A stretch of 20,000 bases of DNA, taken from Limisphaerales bacterium. GTDB taxonomy: Bacteria > Verrucomicrobiota > Verrucomicrobiia > Limisphaerales > SIBE01. The DNA lies in NCBI GenBank assembly GCA_044225505.1, contig JBGAIN010000005.1:114564-134563 (forward strand), in the 5' to 3' direction. The notes beneath the pieces were generated by a model. It ran no database searches. It had not been told where the DNA came from and saw nothing but the letters and a program-made list of their open reading frames with translations. Every line of letters starts with the position of its first letter. Position 1 is the stretch's first letter. Shown here piece after piece: positions 8,977-16,085 of this stretch. The position numbers and the translations under genes are program-made.

Positions 8977-9948
8977 ATGTGCACCGTCACCTTCGTTGCG
9001 CTCGCTCGAGGATATATCGTCGGCATGAACCGCGACGAAAAGCTGGCGCGCGCGCGCGCGTTGCCGCCAGCCGTCGCTACTCTTGGCCGCGACCTCGCCG
9101 TGTTTCCCAAGGAGTCCAGCGGCGGCACTTGGATTGGCGTCAACAGTTGGGGAACAACGGTGGCCTTGATCAACTGGTATGCCGTTCCTTGTCGCGTCGA
9201 ACAGGGCGCGATCAGCCGGGGTGAAGTAGTCAAGAGTGCGCTCGCCCATTGTGGCGCGGCCGCGAGCGAGTCATTTCCGCCCGGCTTGCCCTTGGAAAGC
9301 ATCAAATTCTAGCCCCATGCAACCCCTCTCCGCTGGACAATCTTTGTCCATCGCCCCGGTTGCCGGGCTCCCTTCTTGACCGCCGTTCCCGCCGTCGTCA
9401 TTGATCCAGATTCTCGCGTGAACCCGTTTCGTCTGCTCGTTTTTGCTTGCCTCGTTTTTGCACAGGCGCAAGCCCAGGTCGTCGAATGGCAATGGGACCT
9501 TCACCGGTTGCATCGAGTCGATCATCCGTGGCTTACGAACACCTGGATTTCTTCTGGATTCGACGAGCCCGGCGCCCAGATCAGCCGTGGACACACCTTT
9601 GCCACGGCTCGTCCGCGCTTTGGATCACAACCTCGTGTTGCGCTCCGTCGACTGCATCGGTCGCACGTGCCCGAGCCTGGCCCTTACTCTACTTGCATGC
9701 ACCGAAACGACGCCGCCACCGTGAGCTACACTGAAATCTCGGTCTCCAAACGCCTGGCAAAAGTCTATTATGCTCCCGGCCCGCCCTGTTCGACGGAAGC
9801 ACTTCCGGTGACACAACTGAGATTGTGCCCGATGATTCGAGCGAATGTGGCGTCCGTTGCGGAAGCACCGCTCGTCAGAAACCGAGGTGAGAGATCTCTC
9901 CAGGATCGCCTTAAAGGACTATGTAACACCTTTGTAGATAAGCACTAA
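8977..9948 (+). pseudogene. NRDE/TANGO2 family (Ntn-hydrolase-like) gene interrupted by an in-frame TAG (9310-9312) within an apparent insertion
   Basis: N-half: MCTVTF...MNRDEK, GGTWIGVN, ALINWY, SRGEVV. C-half in the same frame: NPFRLL, WISSGFDE, LHRSH, YSTCMHRNDAATVSYTEI. The TAG at codon 112 is the only stop between them. Confidence 0.75.
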
Positions 9949-10058
9949 CGCTGAGCTAGGGCGTGCCTCAGCCTTTTGGGCAACCGCCTTTTCTCGTGCA
10001 ACTGCCACATGGTTAGAGGGTTATGCCTCAGGATACGGCGCCGTTCAGCCCTTCTACC

Positions 10059-10090
10059 CGCACGCTAAACGCACGCTAAACGCACGCTGA
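10059..10090. repeat. 11-bp tandem repeat CGCACGCTAAA, about 3 copies
   Basis: Exact copies at 10059-10069 and 10070-10080, then a variant CGCACGCTGA at 10081-10090. Confidence 0.9.
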
Positions 10091-10109
10091 CCCCACGTGC
10101 ACGTGGGGT
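10090..10109. repeat. Perfect 20-bp palindrome ACCCCACGTGCACGTGGGGT
   Basis: The sequence equals its own reverse complement. It is the centre of a longer imperfect inverted repeat at about 10058-10141. Confidence 0.92.
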
Positions 10110-10337
10110 TCGCTTGAGCTTGGGGTGTGCGTATCGTGTGGAGCCTGCGTTAGACCCTGCGATCGAGGGTATCGGTGGATTCGTTAAGGAGCTTGAAAAG
10201 CGCGGTCAGCTCAGCCTGGCGAAAACCCGGGCGGCGTATCGCATGGGTAGCTTGGGGCCGGGTCGGTCCCATCCTGAAAGCGGTCGCAAGCTGACTTTAG
10301 GGGTGCCAGTAAGAGCGACAATATGAAGAACTCGCTC

Positions 10338-10991
10338 TCATTTCGGCGCTCGGACCACGGTCAGGTCGTCGAATCGAATAGGGGTTCCGGCATAGGGGCT
10401 GCCAAAGATAGCCGCACGGCCGGGAGGCAGCTCTTGCGTCTCCTCGGTCCGGATGAGCCAGTCCGAAGGTTCAGGAGTGCCTGCCATCCAGACCTTCCCG
10501 CGAATCTCCCATGCCGAGCCAGACTTGAGGACCTGGATTTTAAGGTGCGTCCATTGGCCAGACTGCCAGCGGAATGGTTGATTGGTCTTGGCCACGTCCC
10601 CACGGTAAAGCTCGATCAGATTCTTGGCCGGACTAACTTGAAGCCGATAACCGCCGGCGCCGTTGACCCCGACGGCAAACGTGGGAGCGCGTCGACCTTT
10701 GGCAAGTCCGAAAACTCGGGCTGAGGCCGCGATTCCTTCCGATTCTGTAGGGCCGAAGAGCAAGCCGAAACTGTCCAAGGGAGCACCTGGCAGTTCGAGA
10801 AATCGATTGTTCTGCTGCTCCTTGACGACGAAAGCGCCGTCCAGGACTAACAGTTCGTCGGGGACTTTGTCCAATTCGGCCGATTGCAGGTCGTTCATGT
10901 AGAGTGTTTGGCTCTCTTGCGCCACGCTGTTCCAAGTCGAGGAAGCGAGCAGCAAGGCCATGACAGATCGAATTATCCAAAGCGGCGACAT
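10338..10991 (-). CDS. Secreted hypothetical protein, probable beta-sandwich (ConA/LamG- or DUF1080-like)
   Basis: Signal-peptide-like N-terminus ending SVA/QE. Beta-strand-rich, Trp-containing body (WTHLKIQV, IRGKVW..GTPEP..W, FDDLTV). AGGAG lies 8 nt upstream of ATG 10991. Confidence 0.7.
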   Translation of the reverse strand: MSPLWIIRSVMALLLASSTWNSVAQESQTLYMNDLQSAELDKVPDELLVLDGAFVVKEQQNNRFLELPGAPLDSFGLLFGPTESEGIAASARVFGLAKGRRAPTFAVGVNGAGGYRLQVSPAKNLIELYRGDVAKTNQPFRWQSGQWTHLKIQVLKSGSAWEIRGKVWMAGTPEPSDWLIRTEETQELPPGRAAIFGSPYAGTPIRFDDLTVVRAPK

Positions 10992-11016
10992 AGGGATCAC
11001 TCCTGTTTTCGTGATA

Positions 11017-14000
11017 TCAATCGTTTCTTAAAGCCTGCAACAAAGAGCCGCGCAGGGCAAGTTGCGTGGCGGCCCACGTCCAGATCAGGCCGCTGCCAAA
11101 GACGGCTCCCAGCGTCAACGACAGCGAGCGGAAGGGCAACTCCGCGCCCGGAGACAAGATGGTGGGTAATACCGCCACCAGGGCTGCGACCGTGCCAATG
11201 AGCAATCCCAGTAGCAGCAGGGCGCCATGTTCGGAAAGCACCAGCCAACGCAAGGCGCGTGCCCGGAACCCAACGGCAATGAGGAGCGCCAGTTCACCGC
11301 GGCGCTCGAGCACATTCCGTAACACCACGACCCCCAAGCCCACGCTGCCCAAGAGCAAACCGAGACCCCCAAGAACCTGGAAAGTGTTCAAATAGGTGTT
11401 TTGAACTGCGTTAAAGGCTTCCAGCCGGCGCACGGTCGGGGTGAACTGCACGCCGTAATCCTGCGTGGCGCGGGACAAGGTCGCCGCTACGGCATCGATC
11501 TGAGCGCGATCGTAAGGTTGCACGTCGACCAGGAAGGCTCGGTATCCGCTCTCATTAGAAAAGCGTTCGAGGAAGGCCTTCTCGGAAATGACCAGGCTGC
11601 CTTGCAGGATCGAATTAGCCACGGCGCCGACGAGCCGGACCTTAAACTCGCGGCCTCGATCATCTTTGTAGTTGAGGGTATCCCCGAGTTTCTTCCCAAG
11701 CGCCCATTGGATGGAAGCGGCATCTCCAATGGCGGGCACACTGCCGTCCGGCTCGAGCTGGTCGAGCAGCAGCCATGGGTTAGCGTCGCCAGCGTGGTCG
11801 ACCGTTTGAGCAAACGTGAATGCCTGGCGTTCCGCCAGGCGTTCCGCGCGGACCCCAAGGAGGCGCGGCGTTTGCGCCCGGTTCAAGTTGAGACAGCTCG
11901 CGTCGTCGCCATCCCGGACGCGCATGGGAACCACACGCACCCCAGCCAAGTCCGATTCGCTCAGCCCGAAATACTGCCGGCCTTCTTCCGTGTTCAAGTC
12001 GTGGACGATTGGAAAAGAAGATTCTCCGATCAGCGCAAATCCGCCCGTGCCCGACGCCCGTTTCCGAACTCCATCCTGAGATTCGAGGCGGAACACGCCA
12101 ATCGCCGCTACTAAAAAGCTGCCGCAGGCCAGGAGACCAATCGTCGCCAAACTGCGGCGTCTCCGCCGGGCAGCGTTGCGCAGGCCCATGTTCGTTAGAC
12201 TCGGGCGTTCGCTGCTATCGACACTGGTTAACGCTGCGAGACCCGCAGCGGCAAAGCTGAGGCCCGAGATCAGCAAAAGCGCGCCCGCCATAAAAAAGAC
12301 GCCAGGGTTGGACGTTTGCTGGCGGAACCCAGCCCAGCCGATCGCCAGCATGGCGGTGGCGCTCGTCAGCCAGCCCAGCCAGATCCCGCGGCTCGTTCGG
12401 ACATGGTGCGAGGTCTCAGGGTCCGATCCCAAGGAGAGCAAAACGCGGGCAGATTGCCGGGCCTGTTTTCGCACTGTGAGCCAGACGGTGAGCGACGCAA
12501 TGACTGTCCCGCTGATTACTCCGATCGCCAAGGTCGCGGGCGTGGCATGAAAACCAAGAGCGGAAGTGCCAACGGCGGAGCGCCAGAGTGTCGAAAGCCC
12601 GTAAAGCATCGCTCGGGCATAAGCAATTCCTCCTGGAACACCAATCAAGGCGCCGATCGCCGCAAGGCCAATCCCTTCGCCAATCAGGATTCGACGAACT
12701 CTACCGGGCGTAAAGCCCAGGGCGAGCAACGTGCCGATCTCCGTGGCGCGCCGTTCGATACTGAATTGAAAAAGCAGGGCCATGAGCAAGAGGGCGGCAC
12801 CGATGAGGAAGAAACTAAACCCGAGGAAGAGTTGCCCAAAGTCTTGCGCTTGCCCGCTTGCCGCCAAGGCCTGCTCACGCACCGGCAGGAAGCTCAGGCC
12901 GATCGATTCGGGAGCGAGCGAACGGCGAATCGCTTCCGTGACGGCCTGAACGGTGACGTCGGAAGGATAGCGGATAGCCGTGACATTTCCGAAACGATTA
13001 GCCCACATCTGCTGGCCGGCGCTCAAGCGGACAAACGCTTTGGGCGTTCCGCGGTGGTTCTTCCAGTAATCCTCGTCCTTGGGGCGAATGCGATCGAGCT
13101 TGATAGGCAAGGTGCTGTCCCAGTCCCGAGTGCTTTCGGCTTTCTCCAGGCCAGGAAAGTCCGGCATCAAGCTGCGATCGTCGGTCGGGCCAGGCCATTG
13201 AGCAACCGCGCGGATGCGAAAATCGTTGGTGCGCTCTTCCAGGGTGCGAGAAAGTCCGATGACAAAGTACGTCAGGCGCAGCGCGTCACCCGGTTTCGCT
13301 TGTAGATCTTCCGCCAGCCATGGGCTGATGACAATCTCGTCATCCTTCAGATCCGCCGGTACCAGCGGAGGACCAGCGGCCGTCACCATGGAGTAAGGTG
13401 TTGCCCTCTCGCCGACGCGAAGTTCGTTCACAAAGTAAGTCAAAAGGGCGCTGTGGTTCGTCAAGCTGGCGGTGGCCGCCGTCACGATGGGCTCATCCAG
13501 GAAAATGCGGCTGGAGCGCAGCTCGATCCCCTGATGGTCTGGAAGCGGGCGCAGTTCCAGTTCGGCGTCGGCCAGCTGCCAATGCTCCCGTATCTGGGCA
13601 GCGAGCCCTTGGAGGGTCACCCCAGGCAAACCTTGCGCGAGCAGCAAATTGGCGCGATCGGGAAGCTGGAGCTGACGGCTTAAACCTGCCAGATCGAGGA
13701 AAGCGTTGAGCGGAGGCGTTTGGCTCGACTGCAGTCCAAATCGGCCCATTTGAGTGTCCGGTGCAATCCCTCGGACGGTCAGACGCAAAGCGACGGCAAA
13801 ACCCTCCTGTGGCGTGATTGGCGCTTCGCGGGACAAGCGCGACGGCTTGTCGACGCGCAGCAGAACGGAGTCGCCGACCTTAACCTTAAGCTGATCTGCA
13901 AGGGCAGGGTTTAGGATAACGTCGTCGGCGCTCGCTGGCAGTGGGAACTGCACCGGCCCGAGCCCGAGCTGCCAGAACTCAGGCGTAACGCCAAGCACTT

Positions 14001-14319
14001 GGACGTGGTTGGCGCGGGCCGAACCGTCTGCGGACGCAGCTGTGCCGGCAAGCTGGAGAGCCGCCACGACCTTCACGCCGGCCCCTTGCGTCAGGTGGCT
14101 GGCCAACTCTTGGCGGAAGAAACGATCGTTCGATGCGAGCGCATAGTGAATCGATCCCAAGCGGCCGAGCGCCAGGTTCCGAAGGCTTTCCCGAACCGAG
14201 TCGCCGACCAAAAGCGCTCCGACGAGCACGGCCGTTCCGACTGCCGATCCTAGAAGCGCGCCCAGATGCGAGCGGGCGTGAAAGACCAGTCCGCGCCAGA
14301 CGAGGGTAGTCGCGTTCAT
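11017..14319 (-). CDS. Large MacB/FtsX-like ABC transporter permease (two fused permease modules, 1100 aa)
   Basis: Two FtsX-type C-terminal signatures (ERRATEIGTLLALGF and ERRGELALLIAVGF), each following a TM helix and a large extracytoplasmic region. Its start overlaps the ATPase stop (ATGA). Confidence 0.9.
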   Translation of the reverse strand: MNATTLVWRGLVFHARSHLGALLGSAVGTAVLVGALLVGDSVRESLRNLALGRLGSIHYALASNDRFFRQELASHLTQGAGVKVVAALQLAGTAASADGSARANHVQVLGVTPEFWQLGLGPVQFPLPASADDVILNPALADQLKVKVGDSVLLRVDKPSRLSREAPITPQEGFAVALRLTVRGIAPDTQMGRFGLQSSQTPPLNAFLDLAGLSRQLQLPDRANLLLAQGLPGVTLQGLAAQIREHWQLADAELELRPLPDHQGIELRSSRIFLDEPIVTAATASLTNHSALLTYFVNELRVGERATPYSMVTAAGPPLVPADLKDDEIVISPWLAEDLQAKPGDALRLTYFVIGLSRTLEERTNDFRIRAVAQWPGPTDDRSLMPDFPGLEKAESTRDWDSTLPIKLDRIRPKDEDYWKNHRGTPKAFVRLSAGQQMWANRFGNVTAIRYPSDVTVQAVTEAIRRSLAPESIGLSFLPVREQALAASGQAQDFGQLFLGFSFFLIGAALLLMALLFQFSIERRATEIGTLLALGFTPGRVRRILIGEGIGLAAIGALIGVPGGIAYARAMLYGLSTLWRSAVGTSALGFHATPATLAIGVISGTVIASLTVWLTVRKQARQSARVLLSLGSDPETSHHVRTSRGIWLGWLTSATAMLAIGWAGFRQQTSNPGVFFMAGALLLISGLSFAAAGLAALTSVDSSERPSLTNMGLRNAARRRRRSLATIGLLACGSFLVAAIGVFRLESQDGVRKRASGTGGFALIGESSFPIVHDLNTEEGRQYFGLSESDLAGVRVVPMRVRDGDDASCLNLNRAQTPRLLGVRAERLAERQAFTFAQTVDHAGDANPWLLLDQLEPDGSVPAIGDAASIQWALGKKLGDTLNYKDDRGREFKVRLVGAVANSILQGSLVISEKAFLERFSNESGYRAFLVDVQPYDRAQIDAVAATLSRATQDYGVQFTPTVRRLEAFNAVQNTYLNTFQVLGGLGLLLGSVGLGVVVLRNVLERRGELALLIAVGFRARALRWLVLSEHGALLLLGLLIGTVAALVAVLPTILSPGAELPFRSLSLTLGAVFGSGLIWTWAATQLALRGSLLQALRND

Positions 14320-15032
14320 GCGAGAGAACCCGATCGGCTTTCCTGGAAAGTTCCGTCGGCGAGTTCAAGCACGCGCTCCATCCTGGCAGCCAGGTCGAGG
14401 GCGTGCGTTACCAGGATCAAGGTAACTTGCTGTTCTCGATTAAGATCGATGAGCAACTGCCCGAGCTCCTGCGCGGAGTGTCTGTCCAACGCACCCGTCG
14501 GCTCGTCCGCGAGGAGGAGCTTGGGTTGATTAATCAGCGCACGCACCACCGCCACGCGCTGCCGCTCCCCACCGGATAACTGTCCCGGCCGATGACTCAT
14601 ACGCGCCCCGAGCCCGACTCTTTCCAACAACGTGCGCGCGCGCTGGCTGGCGTCTGCAGCACCTTGGCCACCTTGGCATGGGATGGTGGGCACGAGCACA
14701 TTCTCGAGCACATTGCATTGCGGCAAGAGGTGGTGAGCTTGGAAGATAAACCCGATCCGCTGATTGCGAACGGACGCTAGCGCCACATCGTCCAGCTGGC
14801 TGATGTCCTGACCGTCCAGCAGGACTTGTCCCCGGCTCGGACGATCCAAGGTCCCGATGATATTCAGAAGGGTGCTTTTGTCGGAGCCTGACGGACCCAC
14901 AATGGCCACCGAATGTCCCGACTGGACTTCCAGCGTGATGTTCCTCAGCACCCCAACGGGCGCGCCCCCGTCCACGGAATCGTAGAACTTGGTCACGTCG
15001 ACCAATTTGAGGACTGGCGTCGGATCACTCAT
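14316..15032 (-). CDS. ABC transporter ATP-binding protein, LolD/MacB type (Walker A reads GPSGSDKST)
   Basis: IGFIFQAHHLLP Q-loop, LSGGERQRVAVVRAL signature, LLLADEPTGALD Walker B/D-loop and LVTH switch. The Walker A is aberrant. Confidence 0.92.
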   Translation of the reverse strand: MSDPTPVLKLVDVTKFYDSVDGGAPVGVLRNITLEVQSGHSVAIVGPSGSDKSTLLNIIGTLDRPSRGQVLLDGQDISQLDDVALASVRNQRIGFIFQAHHLLPQCNVLENVLVPTIPCQGGQGAADASQRARTLLERVGLGARMSHRPGQLSGGERQRVAVVRALINQPKLLLADEPTGALDRHSAQELGQLLIDLNREQQVTLILVTHALDLAARMERVLELADGTFQESRSGSLA

Positions 15033-15110
15033 GTGGCTCAATCTAGACCAGGAATCCGGAGAGCCAAACCAAAAAGGCCGGAAGTAAAGCAGGTTCGGCC
15101 AAGCTGCGCG

Positions 15111-16085
15111 TCAGGTTAGTTCTTCAAGAAGCTTGGCTGGCCGGTGCAGGGCACAGTCCGCGCCAATAACAATCACGATTACAGCCCCGGCGATGGCATC
15201 CTGAGCGTATGGACTGGCTCCGGCATACGTCATGGCTTGCGAGATAAAATAAAGGAAGAACGCGCCCAAGACTGTGCCAAGAAAGCTGCCGGCACCTCCG
15301 AAGATGTTCGTGCCACCTAAGACAACTGCACCAATGACTTGAAGTTCAAATCCCAAAGCGATCCGCGAAGGCTCGATGGCTTGCAGGCGCGTTGCATAGA
15401 TCAAAGAGGCGAACCCCAAAAACAACCCACTAGCCCAAAATGCCGTTTGTAGAATGCGCGATGAACGCAGACCGATCAGTCGACAGGCCTCTTCCGAGCT
15501 TCCTAGAGCGAGCCATTGCCGCGGTGTCCGAGCAAACCGCTCCCACAGAAGCGCGGCGGCCACCACCAGCCAAAGAATGGTCCCGGGGTAGAGTTTCCCA
15601 GGCGCATGGTAGATTTCGTCCTGAACCGATATGTTGCCGCCGAAATTGGGGATCGCTAAGTCCGCGACAATCAATGCGACTCCCCGGTAGAGTGGAAGCC
15701 CCGCTAACGTCACGATGATTGCTGGGATTCCCAGCCTCTGGACGAGCTGACCGTTAAGTCCGGAAAGCAACCAGGCGGTCCCGATGCACGCTCCATAACA
15801 AATCCAAGGGGCAACTCCATGTTGGACCAGGATTCCAAAGACGGTCGCTGCAACTGCCAGAACGGAAGCTATCGACAAGTCGATTGCTCCGGTAAAAACA
15901 ATGCCGGTCATGCCCAGCCCCGCCAGAATAACGGGCGCTAAGTCAGAGCCGCATCGCTCCAGCACCAGCCCAAATGAAGCGCCTTCCCGCAGCAAAAGCC
16001 GAATGATGATCAGCAATAGAAGGTTTCCGCCAAGAAGCAGCCCGATTCGCTGGGCGACCGGCGGAGGGACTCGCCCTTGCATCAT
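15111..16085 (-). CDS. Monosaccharide ABC transporter permease (RbsC-like)
   Basis: GMTGIVFTGAIDLSIAS, IPAIIVTL, ALGSSEEACRLIG (EAA-like loop) and GFELQVIGAVVLGGTNIFGGAGS. Confidence 0.9.
   Translation of the reverse strand: MMQGRVPPPVAQRIGLLLGGNLLLLIIIRLLLREGASFGLVLERCGSDLAPVILAGLGMTGIVFTGAIDLSIASVLAVAATVFGILVQHGVAPWICYGACIGTAWLLSGLNGQLVQRLGIPAIIVTLAGLPLYRGVALIVADLAIPNFGGNISVQDEIYHAPGKLYPGTILWLVVAAALLWERFARTPRQWLALGSSEEACRLIGLRSSRILQTAFWASGLFLGFASLIYATRLQAIEPSRIALGFELQVIGAVVLGGTNIFGGAGSFLGTVLGAFFLYFISQAMTYAGASPYAQDAIAGAVIVIVIGADCALHRPAKLLEELT

Noticed and set aside
9310..9312. Pyrrolysine or recoded TAG in the NRDE gene
   Set aside because: TAG is used as an ordinary stop at 6059-6061 and no pyl genes are visible. 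The stop lies within sequence that does not look like part of the family.
9950..9977. Terminator after the NRDE gene (GCTGAG...CTCAGC-CTTTT)
   Set aside because: Only a 6-bp stem with an 11-nt loop and a short T-run. Plausible but too weak to call.
10059..10141. CRISPR array or integron attC site
   Set aside because: The repeats are 11 bp and contiguous with no spacers, and no cas or integrase gene is present. The hairpin ends lack clear RYYYAAC/GTTRRRY boxes.
10114..10326. 70-aa plus-strand ORF in the intergenic gap
   Set aside because: TTG start inside the repeat element, no evident ribosome-binding site and no recognisable motif.
12316..13305. 329-aa plus-strand ORF (and 11401-12114)
   Set aside because: Antisense shadows of the large permease, with no family motifs.
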